Of a stretch of DNA of 64,000 bases, positions 37,169 through 46,280 are shown in pieces. The stretch is taken from the NCBI GenBank assembly GCA_964553015.1, contig CAZKJE010000001.1, positions 94,278-158,277 of the forward strand. Direction: 5' to 3'. A model generated the notes under the pieces. The model saw only the letters and a program-made list of their open reading frames with translations. It was not told where the DNA came from and did not search any database. Within the stretch, counting starts at the first letter, position 1; every line of letters begins with the position of its first letter. Source of the stretch: an uncultured Candidatus Saccharibacteria bacterium (GTDB lineage: Bacteria; Patescibacteriota; Minisyncoccia; Phycocordibacterales; UBA9973). Made by a program: the position numbers and the translations under genes.

Positions 37169-38643
37169 TTAATATTAAAATTGGCAGTTTCAAAAACCGC
37201 AAAAAGCGGGTATTCGGCTATATCAAAAGCTTCACAACTTTCTTTTGTTTCCCCTAAGCTTATCGCTGTTTTATAATCTCCCGCCCTTAAATTAAAAATC
37301 GCTGTTGGCAGCGGTAAGGCCGTAGAAACGCATTCAGAGATAAAATTTTCTGTCTCCGTATAAACAGCTATTCCCCAATAATTCATAACGTCTATTATTT
37401 GACGGGGTACCCCTATTTCCCTTGATTCAAGAGCTATCAAATCATAGAAGGCGGCAGAGATGTTTATGGAAACTGGTGATAAAATGTTTGTCCCGTCTGG
37501 TATCCGCTGAAAAATTATTTTATCCTGGACATTGCCAATTTTAATAGCATCAGTTTCATCTTTGGACTCAATAGTTTGTTCATCCGTAAATCCACCTAAG
37601 GCCAGTGCAGGCTGCTCTTCTAACACATTGAGATTATCTTCATTTAAATCAGCTTCAATTGGCAGACTTTCGTATTCCACTTCCAGCCAAACAGAATCCA
37701 GGTAGATTGTAGGCATATCGTCAAAAGTCGGCAGAGTATGGATGGCTATTTGCACGCGTTCCAGATCTGTGATGGTTGTAAAAATATCCATCGGCATTTC
37801 AAAGCTTACGTCATTTGTTATATCTGATACATATCCTATTGTGCTCCAGTTGCTTCCATCAAGGGTGTACAGAACTTTAAGCAGAGCTGCAGTAGTAGTT
37901 GTTTCTGTTTCTAAGGTCGTGTCTTCAGGGATTTCAGAAGTGGTCCCATTAATATTTTCAGCAGATATTTCTTCTGTAGTTTCAGTAGAATTTTCTTCAC
38001 TTGCGTCAACCTCTTGGGCATGGACTCTAGAGAAAAATAATTTATTTAAAAAAGAAACTTCCTCGCTAGCCGGCAATTCTTCCGCTGGTTCTTCTTCTGT
38101 AGGAAGAACTTCCTGCTCCATTACTGCAGGCTCATCGGCAACAGGTTCTGGAGTTTCTTCTGTTATGGGAATTTCCTCCGGGATTTCTGGCGCGATTTCT
38201 TCTTCCGACTCAGAAATATTCTCTTCTGATTCCGGAGCATCTGACTCTTCAGCTATAACAGGCTCGCCTGGAGTGGCCCAGGAGAACTTTAGGATTATTT
38301 TCTTTTGAAATGCATCTATGGGTATTTCGCCCGTAAATTCGCCGCAAAAGATTTGCCCGACAGCATTTGAAATTGATGCTGAATTTGAGTCATTGTAATT
38401 ATTCGCGTCTCCATCTGTTACGTCCGGCGCACCGACAGCTTTATCTGTATTCTTCCATCCGCCAAGACAAGAAGCCGGATAAAAAGAAGAAATTTGCGCA
38501 TTCGCATTACCCGCGTTTCTCAATAGGAAAATTCCCACTATTAAAATAACGACAGACAGGCAAAAGGTACCTAATACTTTGCTTGAATCTGAAATAGTAT
38601 CAGATTTTTTTATGATTTTTTTACGTATATCTCCTGGAAGCAT
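37165..38643 (-). CDS. Hypothetical membrane-anchored acidic (Glu/Pro/Thr-rich) protein
   Basis: 492 aa. N-terminal TM, long low-complexity acidic stretch (EEIAPEIPEEIPITEETPEPVADEP..), structured C-terminal ~250 aa. Confidence 0.5.
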   Translation of the reverse strand: MLPGDIRKKIIKKSDTISDSSKVLGTFCLSVVILIVGIFLLRNAGNANAQISSFYPASCLGGWKNTDKAVGAPDVTDGDANNYNDSNSASISNAVGQIFCGEFTGEIPIDAFQKKIILKFSWATPGEPVIAEESDAPESEENISESEEEIAPEIPEEIPITEETPEPVADEPAVMEQEVLPTEEEPAEELPASEEVSFLNKLFFSRVHAQEVDASEENSTETTEEISAENINGTTSEIPEDTTLETETTTTAALLKVLYTLDGSNWSTIGYVSDITNDVSFEMPMDIFTTITDLERVQIAIHTLPTFDDMPTIYLDSVWLEVEYESLPIEADLNEDNLNVLEEQPALALGGFTDEQTIESKDETDAIKIGNVQDKIIFQRIPDGTNILSPVSINISAAFYDLIALESREIGVPRQIIDVMNYWGIAVYTETENFISECVSTALPLPTAIFNLRAGDYKTAISLGETKESCEAFDIAEYPLFAVFETANFNIK

Positions 38644-38685
38644 TTGTGGCCTAATTATAGCAAACTTGCGAAATATATTCTATGT

Positions 38686-39381
38686 CTATTGCTTGATTTC
38701 CTCATCTGCAGTTTTATTTTCTATTCCCTGAAGCTTGAAAGATTCTTTGACTTTTGCAGACAGCTCCTCTACCTCGTGAAATCCAGTCAGCACATCGTCG
38801 TCTATGACCAAGGCCGGCAGCTCGGTATCTTTTATTTTATAGATCTGGATCATAGCTTTTACGGCCGAAAGATCTATACTATAGTCAAAAGAATAGACCC
38901 GGAGCTCCGGATATTCCTCGCGCAGTTTAGACAAGACCAGGCTTTCTTCCCTGCAGAGAGTACAGTTTTCCGCTGTGGTGTAAAAATAAAGAATAAAAGC
39001 AGATTTTACTTTGCAGCGGTCAGAAATTTTTTTTGCTAAAAGATAATCCTTGATCTGGAGAAGCGAGTAATATTTTTTTAAATAAGATACTTCTGCTGTA
39101 TCGCCCAAGTTCTCCTCGCTCCACTCGAGCTTGCTGCCTAGCTCGGAAAGCTCGCTTGAAAAAACGGAGTCTGAAATATTCTTGCAGGAAAGATCTGACA
39201 AAAGTGAAAACTGCGTTTCTGAAGAAAGAATGTCTATCGCAATTTTATCCTGTATGTTTTTTAATTGGTCTATTTTTTTGTCGCCAAAATAATTGCTGAC
39301 ATAGCTCGCAGTAAAGAAAAGGGCTACAGTAATTAAAAAAACTATTAAATATTTTCTCCAGTCTATATTGTTTGAGTCCAT
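38686..39381 (-). CDS. Membrane-anchored thioredoxin-fold protein (CxxC)
   Basis: N-terminal TM. C-terminal ILYFYTTAENCTLCREESLVLSKLREEYPELRVYSFD has a CTLC active-site motif in a Trx/Grx-like context. Confidence 0.55.
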   Translation of the reverse strand: MDSNNIDWRKYLIVFLITVALFFTASYVSNYFGDKKIDQLKNIQDKIAIDILSSETQFSLLSDLSCKNISDSVFSSELSELGSKLEWSEENLGDTAEVSYLKKYYSLLQIKDYLLAKKISDRCKVKSAFILYFYTTAENCTLCREESLVLSKLREEYPELRVYSFDYSIDLSAVKAMIQIYKIKDTELPALVIDDDVLTGFHEVEELSAKVKESFKLQGIENKTADEEIKQ

Positions 39382-39406
39382 AATTTGAAATTCGTAATTT
39401 ATCTCT

Positions 39407-40651
39407 TTATCTCCACGAAGGCTTCCTTGATAAGATAGTATTGTAAATTCCGCGCAGGAACCAGAAAGGAGCTATAATTCCGAAAATAGGGAAAAAATAA
39501 AGTATGTGTAAAGAAAATTTGTTCTTTTCTCCTGTCATCCTCTGTCCGAAAAGTATCGCAAAAATTACGAGCAGATATATAAAACCAATAATAAAAATAG
39601 TAGATTGGGTATTGATAAAAAATGGATCGAAATTAAAGCTCCTTGCGCTGAAATCAAAACCGATGGTGCTTACCTGTAATACTTTTGAATATATAAAGTT
39701 GTAAAAATTATAAGCTATCCTGCCAAAAAGAAAGCTTACCGAAAAAATCGACACGACACCCATAGGCAATGTAAAAGTCGCAAAATTGCCATATTTTTTC
39801 CTGAATAAAACGTGCCGATAATCTATCGTATTGTTGATAAAGCCGTAGATCCAGCGCAGCCTCTGGCGATATAATTTTCGGATTGTTTTCGGCGTATTTG
39901 TATATACATACGCATCGTTGCAATGCTCTATTTTATAGAGATTTTTCTGCATGCGGTAAGCTATCTCCATGTCTTCGGTGCTGTGACCGTGCCTGTAATG
40001 GCCAAGATTGTCAAAAACTTGCCTGCGGAATACAGTAAGCGGTCCGGGCGTTACGTTTATAGCCCCGAGGATACCGAGCATTTTTTTGAAATAAACTCCC
40101 ATGTGATATTCCGCTTTCTGGGCATACTGAATCATATTCTTTGGTTCATAAACAGTCACAGAGGGAGCCACGGCCATCACACTAGCATCCCGTTCAAAGT
40201 AACTCATAATACGAACAAGGGCCTCAGAGTCTGCGACAGAATCCGCATCCAAGCATCCGAAAAAATCAGTTTTGGAATTTTCCAGCGCTAAATTCAAAGC
40301 AGTGTGTTTTCCGCCATTTTTCTTTTGAAAAATTTTTATGTTAGAGTGTTCTTTAAATTTATTTATTTCTTTTAAAGTACCGTCAGTTGAACCGTCATCT
40401 ATGAGAAAGATATTTATTTTGTCTTTAGGATAGTTCAGATCAAGGAGTGATGCTACTGTATTCCCCACTGTCTCTTCTTCGTTCCAGCAAGGCACAGCTA
40501 TGGTCACCGCTGGATAAAAAGCTAACTTGACATCCCCTTTTCGGGTGACAATTTTTTTCCTGTTTTCAATAAAAGTTATCAGGAAAAAGACCTGCACATA
40601 TGCAGACAAAAAAACCAATATGTAAAGTATAACGTCTCCGATTGAAGTCAT
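39407..40651 (-). CDS. Processive family-2 glycosyltransferase (membrane-integrated; NodC/PgaC/cellulose-synthase-like)
   Basis: DDGSTDGT and DADS (the D,D,D motifs), TEDMEIAYRMQ, and QRLRW (the Q-x-x-R-W motif of processive beta-glycosyltransferases). Several TM helices flank the catalytic domain. Confidence 0.75.
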   Translation of the reverse strand: MTSIGDVILYILVFLSAYVQVFFLITFIENRKKIVTRKGDVKLAFYPAVTIAVPCWNEEETVGNTVASLLDLNYPKDKINIFLIDDGSTDGTLKEINKFKEHSNIKIFQKKNGGKHTALNLALENSKTDFFGCLDADSVADSEALVRIMSYFERDASVMAVAPSVTVYEPKNMIQYAQKAEYHMGVYFKKMLGILGAINVTPGPLTVFRRQVFDNLGHYRHGHSTEDMEIAYRMQKNLYKIEHCNDAYVYTNTPKTIRKLYRQRLRWIYGFINNTIDYRHVLFRKKYGNFATFTLPMGVVSIFSVSFLFGRIAYNFYNFIYSKVLQVSTIGFDFSARSFNFDPFFINTQSTIFIIGFIYLLVIFAILFGQRMTGEKNKFSLHILYFFPIFGIIAPFWFLRGIYNTILSRKPSWR

Positions 40652-40713
40652 GTTATGAGTGTTACTATAGCACTTTTATTCCAAACTGCCAAGGATAATA
40701 AAGGGGGGAATGA

Positions 40714-40737
40714 AAAAGCCCCCTAGGGGGCTTTTTC
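40714..40737 (-). terminator. Intrinsic terminator (perfect palindrome aaaaagcccccTAgggggcttttt) 3' of the DUF378 gene
   Basis: 10-bp GC-rich stem flanked by A/T tracts on both sides. It lies between the DUF378 gene end and the GT2 gene start. Confidence 0.7.
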
Positions 40738-40774
40738 CGAAAAAACAATAAGCGAAAGAACAAAAAGTATTAAA

Positions 40775-41041
40775 TTACATCTTCTGGCTCATGCCTCCCT
40801 CGCTCATACCGCCCATGCATGTCTTGCATCTGCAGCCAAAGCATTTCATTACGGCCGCAACACCTACTAATATGTAAACGATAGCCTCTACGATTGGCCA
40901 TGACCCCAAGAGCATATTTACCACGTTCCAATCTGAACCCAAAAGCATACCGACCCCTACAAGACCCCAGTTCAAACCTCCGACCACAAGGAGCCATTTG
41001 ACGGAGTGCATAGGTCCGCAGCACATTTTTCCATTCATCAT
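40775..41041 (-). CDS. DUF378-family small membrane protein
   Basis: VKWLLVVGGLNWGLVGVGMLLGSDWNVVNMLLGSWPIVEAIVYILVGVAAVM matches the DUF378 consensus (..iall.vGglnWgLvG.f..dlVa.lfG....lsrivYilVGlaal). Confidence 0.65.
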   Translation of the reverse strand: MMNGKMCCGPMHSVKWLLVVGGLNWGLVGVGMLLGSDWNVVNMLLGSWPIVEAIVYILVGVAAVMKCFGCRCKTCMGGMSEGGMSQKM

Positions 41042-41171
41042 ATATTTTTATTCTTACTTTATACTACTCTGTCCCTCGACCATGAACCGAGTTTAATTAT
41101 TAATACTTTGATTATACCATACTGAAAAAAAATGCTACAATGTGGATATTAACAAATAACAATATAAACAA

Positions 41172-41951
41172 ATGGAAGAGAATAATGTAAGTAACGTTGA
41201 AAAAGCAACGGAAAACGAGGGCAATAACGTGCAAAATAGCTCAAAACAGATAGGGAGCGCTATAATCATAGCCGGCGTACTCATAGCCGGAGCAGTTTTA
41301 TTAAAAGGAAACATCGCACCAGTCCAAAATAATAACGGCGTAAAAGCACCAGCACCCATAACAAAAGAGGATAGAGTTCTTGGAAACCCGAAAGCGAAGG
41401 TATCGGTCATTTTGTACGAAGATTTTCAGTGTCCTTTCTGCGGAGCGGTGTCCGGACTTGTGACAGATTCAGGGGCCATACAATACTTGAAACAAAAAGT
41501 TTCTCCGGACTGGACCCCGTTTATGCCGGAGATTATGAAATATGTAAAAAACGGAGAGGTATTATTTGTATACAGAGATTTTCCATTCCTAGGGCCTGAA
41601 TCTTTGCAGTCGGCAGAAGCTGCGAGGTGCGCCGGAGACGAGGGTAAGTTCTGGGAATATCACGATTACCTTTATGCTCACCAAGACGGAGAAAATGAAG
41701 GTGCTTTTTCAGACAATAACCTGAAATCTTTCGCTAAAATACTAGAGCTGGATAGTGCAAGCTTTGACTCTTGTCTTGATGGCAATAAATACGAACAGGC
41801 AGTTTTGGATTCCAGAGACGAAGCATCCAGCGCAGGCGTAACCGGAACTCCAAAAGGATTTATTCTTAAAAAAGGGAAAGTGGTAAGCACGATAGACGGC
41901 GCTGAGGGAGGAGAAACAATACAGCAAAAAATAGACGCCGCGCTGAAGTAA
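41172..41951 (+). CDS. DsbA-family thiol:disulfide oxidoreductase (membrane-anchored, extracytoplasmic)
   Basis: N-terminal TM. ILYEDFQCPFCGAV (CPFC active site) in a thioredoxin fold with an inserted helical domain. 259 aa. Confidence 0.75.
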   Translation: MEENNVSNVEKATENEGNNVQNSSKQIGSAIIIAGVLIAGAVLLKGNIAPVQNNNGVKAPAPITKEDRVLGNPKAKVSVILYEDFQCPFCGAVSGLVTDSGAIQYLKQKVSPDWTPFMPEIMKYVKNGEVLFVYRDFPFLGPESLQSAEAARCAGDEGKFWEYHDYLYAHQDGENEGAFSDNNLKSFAKILELDSASFDSCLDGNKYEQAVLDSRDEASSAGVTGTPKGFILKKGKVVSTIDGAEGGETIQQKIDAALK

Positions 41952-41972
41952 ATCTCCACCCCGCCCTAAAGG

Positions 41973-41993
41973 GCACCCCTCAAGAGGGGAATT
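41973..41993. repeat. REP-like element, family 2 (gcaCCCCTCaaGAGGGGaatt), copy A
   Basis: Stem cccctc/gagggg. The same ~38-nt unit (c.cc.accc.gc.c.aa.g.gc.cccctcaagaggggaatt) recurs at 42392-42430. Confidence 0.6.
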
Positions 41994-42013
41994 ATAAAAC
42001 ATTAATTTAAAAA

Positions 42014-42385
42014 ATGAGAAAAATAGGAATAGTGATTTCTGGACTTATAAGTTGTTTGGGAATATTCGGAACTATAATAGGATTAAGTGATCCACGTGCT
42101 TTAGTTTCTTTAATACCATTGATTTACTCAACACTGATCTTTATCAAATTGAAAAGAAACACCGAGTTTGAGAAAACACATAAGTTTACTGTAATTTCTT
42201 TGGTATTATTTTCGCTTTTTGCAGGATTTTTGTCATTGATATTTTTGTCCTTCCTTAAAGTAACGGCATCGGGTGATGGTGTAGGTTGGTATGGAATTAT
42301 AGGGTTGGAAATTTTATTGACTTATGCTTCAACACTATCTTTTTTGATCTACATAGTAGAATCAATTGTTCATAAGAAATTCTAA
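42014..42385 (+). CDS. Hypothetical small membrane protein (3-4 TM), bracketed by family-2 REP copies
   Basis: 123 aa, hydrophobic, no motif. Confidence 0.45.
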   Translation: MRKIGIVISGLISCLGIFGTIIGLSDPRALVSLIPLIYSTLIFIKLKRNTEFEKTHKFTVISLVLFSLFAGFLSLIFLSFLKVTASGDGVGWYGIIGLEILLTYASTLSFLIYIVESIVHKKF

Positions 42386-42408
42386 ATATACACCTACCCG
42401 GCGCAAGC

Positions 42409-42473
42409 GCCACCCCTCAAGAGGGGAATTTGCACATCCGAATTTTGTATTTTATTCCCCTCTTGAGGGGTGG
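42409..42473. repeat. REP-like family 2, copies B and C in inverted orientation (19-bp perfect inverted repeat cacccctcaagaggggaat / attcccctcttgaggggtg around a 24-nt spacer)
   Basis: Read directly. The arms can form a long stem-loop, resembling a subterminal hairpin of an IS200/IS605-type element or a BIME-like REP pair. Confidence 0.65.
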
Positions 42474-42505
42474 ATCGCTTTAGCGAGACGGGGTGGACGC
42501 ATCTT

Positions 42506-42562
42506 TTTAGTCGAAATAATTCTTAAGCCTTGAGATTTTTTCGTGCTGGCGGAGTTTTTCGA
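42506..42562. repeat. 57-bp direct repeat, copy 1 (duplicate of the rpoD 3' end; encodes ..[17 protein letters not shown] on the minus strand)
   Basis: tttagtcgaaataattcttaagccttgagattttttcgtgctggcggagtttttcg versus the 43324-43379 copy gives 51/57 identities. All 6 differences are synonymous in the rpoD reading frame. Confidence 0.75.
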
Positions 42563-42564
42563 AG

Positions 42565-42589
42565 TTGAGCAAGGACCCCCCTTGCTCAA
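42565..42589. repeat. REP-like family 1 copy (ttgagcaaggaCCCCCcttgctcaa), left flank of the RAYT gene
   Basis: Stem gagcaagg/ccttgctc, the same stem as the 11648 and 12869 copies. Confidence 0.65.
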
Positions 42590-42616
42590 AATTATTTTCA
42601 GGTTTATAATGGATGC

Positions 42617-43297
42617 ATGGAAAGAAAAACACCGTTTGTTGAGGGCGAACACTACCATGTATATTCCAGAGGAGTAGAAAAGCGAAAAATATTTATGACT
42701 ACAAAAGACTACGATCGCTTTGTGGCTCTTTTGTATATTATGAATCAAGATGCTTCGTTTAGAATGGAAAATTTTCTACGAGACAAACAAAAAAGTTTAA
42801 AAGATATTTTTAAAGAGCAAAGAGGGAAACCCCTTGTATCGATTCTAAGCTATTGCCTTATGCCCAATCATTTTCATTTGATTTTATATGAACACAGAGA
42901 AGGCGGAATTAGTAAATTTATGGGCAAACTTTTAACTGCGTACTCAATGTACTTTAATACAAAATATGAGCGAAGCGGTCCCCTACTAACTAGACCATTT
43001 CGTTCAGAACACATAAGTAGTGAACCGCAGTATATGTATATATTTTCATATGTTCATCTCAACCCAATATCAATAATTGATGGAAAATGGAAAGAAGAAG
43101 GCGTAAAAAATAAAAAAGAGGTAGAAAAATTTCTGGAAAAATATCAATTCTCAAGCTACCAAGATTTTCTAGGAAAAAACAGAGGAGAAATCGCTATTAT
43201 TGATTTTTCTTTTATCCCGGAATATATAAAGGAAATGAAAATAGATTTCAAATGCTTAGAACACAATTTTGAGCAAGGGGAGTCCTTGCTCAGTTAA
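42617..43297 (+). mobile_element. REP-associated tyrosine transposase (RAYT; IS200/IS605 Y1 HUH transposase fold)
   Basis: 226 aa. HYHVYSRGVEKRKIF, LSYCLMPNHFHLILYEH (HUH motif H-F-H) and the catalytic Tyr region LLTAYSMYFN. Flanked by family-1 REP hairpins at 42565 and 43267. The last ~8 codons are encoded by the right REP. Confidence 0.75.
43267..43293. repeat. REP-like family 1 copy (ttttgagcaaggGGAGTccttgctcag), right flank of the RAYT gene
   Basis: Same gagcaagg/ccttgctc stem in inverted-loop form. Confidence 0.65.
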
Positions 43298-43323
43298 AGC
43301 CTTCGTCCATAATCAGAATTATA

Positions 43324-43379
43324 CTTTAGTCGAAATAGTTTTTCAATCTTGAGATTTTTTCGTGCTGACGAAGTTTTTC
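43324..43379. repeat. 57-bp direct repeat, copy 2 (the functional 3' end of rpoD)
   Basis: See copy 1. This copy is contiguous with the rpoD ORF. Confidence 0.75.
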
Positions 43380-44540
43380 GTGCACTTTGGCCTCAATCTG
43401 GCGGATACGTTCGCGAGTAACTCCGAATTCTTCACCTACTCTCTCGAGGGTGTGTTGTATCCCGTCTAAAAGCCCGTAGCGCATTTCCAGTATTTTCCTT
43501 TCTTTCGGATTTAACTCGTCCAGCACTTCACGGATCTGATCTGACAAAATACGGCGTGAAGATTCCTGATCGGGACGCAAAATTTTGTCGTCCGGAATAA
43601 AGTTCTCCAGAGTTGATTTATCATCGTCGTCCCCTACCGGCTGCTCGAGAGACACAGTTTCTTGTGAAATATTTTCTATAACATGGATCTTTTCCACGGG
43701 TATGCCCATCTCGGTCGCAATTTCTTCAGCCAGAGGCTCGCGGCCCAAATCCTGCGAAAGCCTGCGGTGCGTCTGCTTGTATTTAGAAATTGTTTCCACC
43801 ATGTGCACCGGTATGCGAATAGTCCTCGATTGGTCGGCAAGAGCGCGGGTGATAGACTGGCGGATCCACCACGTAGCATAGGTGGAAAATTTATACCCTT
43901 TTGTCCAGTCAAATTTTTCCACTGCCTTAAACAAGCCGAGGTTTCCTTCCTGAATAAGGTCGAGCAAGGTAAGGTTTGCCGACCGACCTACATATTTTTT
44001 AGCAATAGAAACCACGAGACGCAAGTTTGCGCGGGCCAGCAGATTCTTCGCCTCCAAGTCCCCTTTTTCAATTCTTTTTGCCAAGTCTTTTTCATCGCCT
44101 GCGTGAATGAGCGGATACTGCCCGATTTCTTTCAGATACATCTGGATGGAATCATGCATCGCCCCCTTGTTCAGATCTTTGTCATTTGCATCGAGGTCGA
44201 GATTGAGCAGGTTTCCGCCTTCAAGCACGTCTATGCCAGCCACGCCGAATTTCTCATACAGCTCGTCTAGGAACAAAATGTTGTTTTCTATGTCAGGGAA
44301 AGTTTTTAGTATCTCGTCATACGTGATAAATCCCCGCTTTCGCCCCTTTTCTATGATGCTGTTTGCGAGCGTTTCCAGAACTTCGGCCTTTTTCTCAATG
44401 TTAGATAACTTTTTTACTTTTTCTTTTTTGACAACTTTTTTCGCAACCTTTTTTAACTTAGGTCTGGCTTTTTTCCGGATTTTTTTTGCCTTTTTTACAA
44501 CTTTCGCTTTTTTATTCAGCTTTTTATTTTTCTTTTTCAT
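43326..44540 (-). CDS. rpoD: RNA polymerase sigma-70 factor RpoD with Lys-rich N-terminal region
   Basis: Region 2 ([65 protein letters not shown]) and region 4 ([54 protein letters not shown]) are canonical. Start moved to MKKKNKK (44540) to avoid a 53-nt overlap with dnaG. The ORF-track start is 44597. Confidence 0.9.
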   Translation of the reverse strand: MKKKNKKLNKKAKVVKKAKKIRKKARPKLKKVAKKVVKKEKVKKLSNIEKKAEVLETLANSIIEKGRKRGFITYDEILKTFPDIENNILFLDELYEKFGVAGIDVLEGGNLLNLDLDANDKDLNKGAMHDSIQMYLKEIGQYPLIHAGDEKDLAKRIEKGDLEAKNLLARANLRLVVSIAKKYVGRSANLTLLDLIQEGNLGLFKAVEKFDWTKGYKFSTYATWWIRQSITRALADQSRTIRIPVHMVETISKYKQTHRRLSQDLGREPLAEEIATEMGIPVEKIHVIENISQETVSLEQPVGDDDDKSTLENFIPDDKILRPDQESSRRILSDQIREVLDELNPKERKILEMRYGLLDGIQHTLERVGEEFGVTRERIRQIEAKVHEKLRQHEKISRLKNYFD

Positions 44541-44544
44541 GGTC

Positions 44545-46278
44545 TTATTTTTTTGAACGACTATTTTTAATATCTTCTTTTTTCTTATTGAGCTCATTTA
44601 TTTCTTTTAAAAGTTCTTGTCCGGTTTTTTCATTTGTGGCATACCGGAGCTCAAGCATCTTTTTTCCCAATTCTTCGTTTATCTTTTCTTCTTCCAGATT
44701 TAAAGTCATTTCTGTTATATTTCTTTTCAAATTATCATCATTTTCGTAAAATATTTCTGCTTCAAAGATGAGATCCTCTTGGCTATTTTCATATTTATCG
44801 TATGCGACTTTTAGTTTTTCAAATATGCTTTCAAAATCTATGGCAGGAGCAGGTAGGGACTTCTGCCACAGCGCAATGCCTAAGAGCCTCCGTTCTATAT
44901 AATCTTTTCTATACAAGTTCGTGAGTGTTTCACCGGCTTTCTGTATTTCTTCCTTTTCATATTTATGTTCTTGCTCAATCTTTTTTAAATCTTCCAATAA
45001 GAATGCTTCCGAAATGGAGGTTTCGTCTTGTATTTTTTTTAAAAAATTTGCTTTTTCAGAAGACTTGCTAAGCGCTCCGACAAAAGGTAGGACTTTTTCT
45101 TGAATTACTCTGCTCATTTTGTGCGAATCACTGCCTGATTCTTTGACAGCTTTCGCTAATAAAAATTCTATTATGTGTTTGGAATTTTTTATAGCTTCCC
45201 GCCAGGCATCTGCACCAGATTTACTAATCAAATCTGCCGGATCTACTCCTTCCGGCATGTCTACCACTTTTACATCCATACCCAAGGATAAAGCTATCTT
45301 GCCAGCACGAACCGTGGCATTTACGCCGGCCTTGTCTGCATCAAAGGAAAGAACGAGGTTCTCTGACAGACGCCGTATGAGGCCAAGATTGCTTACAACC
45401 CGCTCTTTGGAAATTGTTGAGTCTGATAAAGCTGTGCCGGAAGTTGCGACTGTATTCCTGTATCCTGCCTGATGAGACAAAATCAAATCCATCTGCCCTT
45501 CCACTAAAATAGAAAAATTATTTTTTCGGATTGATTCTTTGGCTTTATCTATTCCATATAAAACTGCGTTTTTGGTGAAGATCGGAGTTTCAGGACTATT
45601 TAAATATTTAGCGGACTTGCCGTCATCCACAAAAATTCTGCCGGAAAAAGCTACGATGCGTCCGCTTGAATCCGCGATCGGAAACATTATTCGTCCGCGA
45701 AACCTGTCATACATGGCCTTATTTTTATCCTCGGGTCTCTTGGCAAGTCCGGCAAGCTCTATCTCTTTGTCGGTAAAGTTTTTAGACTTAAGATGATCAT
45801 AGAGAAGCCGCCAGTCGAGAATTGCGAATCCAATCCTGAAATCTTTGATACTTTTTTCATTCAATCCGCGAGCTTTTAAATATTCTAATATCTGTGAGTT
45901 ATTTTTTAAATTATTCTCAAAATAGTTAGTAGCCTCTTCCATTACTTCATACAATTTTTCTTTTTCACTCTTACTCTCTTTGGCTTCTTTTGTATAAGGC
46001 TCGAGTGGAATTCCGGCGCGATCGGCGAGAAGCTTTAGTGCGCCTTTGAAATCCAGCCCCTCAAATTCTTCCACAAAAGTAAAAATATCTCCGGACGCCG
46101 CGCAGCCAAAGCAATAATATGTTCCCCGTCCTGGCGAAATAAAGAACGAAGCTGTCTTTTCATTATGAAAAGGACACTTGGCCTTTAAGTTTGCGCCTGC
46201 CCCATCAAGCTTTATATATGAAGAGACTACTTCTTCAATTGATAGCCTCTCCTTAATTTTTTGTACGGGAGAATTCAT
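44545..46278 (-). CDS. dnaG: DNA primase
   Basis: CHC2 zinc finger [30 protein letters not shown], then a Toprim domain ([19 protein letters not shown]). dnaG-rpoD order conserved. Confidence 0.9.
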   Translation of the reverse strand: MNSPVQKIKERLSIEEVVSSYIKLDGAGANLKAKCPFHNEKTASFFISPGRGTYYCFGCAASGDIFTFVEEFEGLDFKGALKLLADRAGIPLEPYTKEAKESKSEKEKLYEVMEEATNYFENNLKNNSQILEYLKARGLNEKSIKDFRIGFAILDWRLLYDHLKSKNFTDKEIELAGLAKRPEDKNKAMYDRFRGRIMFPIADSSGRIVAFSGRIFVDDGKSAKYLNSPETPIFTKNAVLYGIDKAKESIRKNNFSILVEGQMDLILSHQAGYRNTVATSGTALSDSTISKERVVSNLGLIRRLSENLVLSFDADKAGVNATVRAGKIALSLGMDVKVVDMPEGVDPADLISKSGADAWREAIKNSKHIIEFLLAKAVKESGSDSHKMSRVIQEKVLPFVGALSKSSEKANFLKKIQDETSISEAFLLEDLKKIEQEHKYEKEEIQKAGETLTNLYRKDYIERRLLGIALWQKSLPAPAIDFESIFEKLKVAYDKYENSQEDLIFEAEIFYENDDNLKRNITEMTLNLEEEKINEELGKKMLELRYATNEKTGQELLKEINELNKKKEDIKNSRSKK

Positions 46279-46280
46279 TT

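Noticed and set aside
42452-42748. 98-aa minus-strand ORF
   Set aside because: It spans the REP hairpin and the duplicated rpoD-tail repeat in a different frame, then runs antisense into the transposase gene. It is an artefact of those elements.
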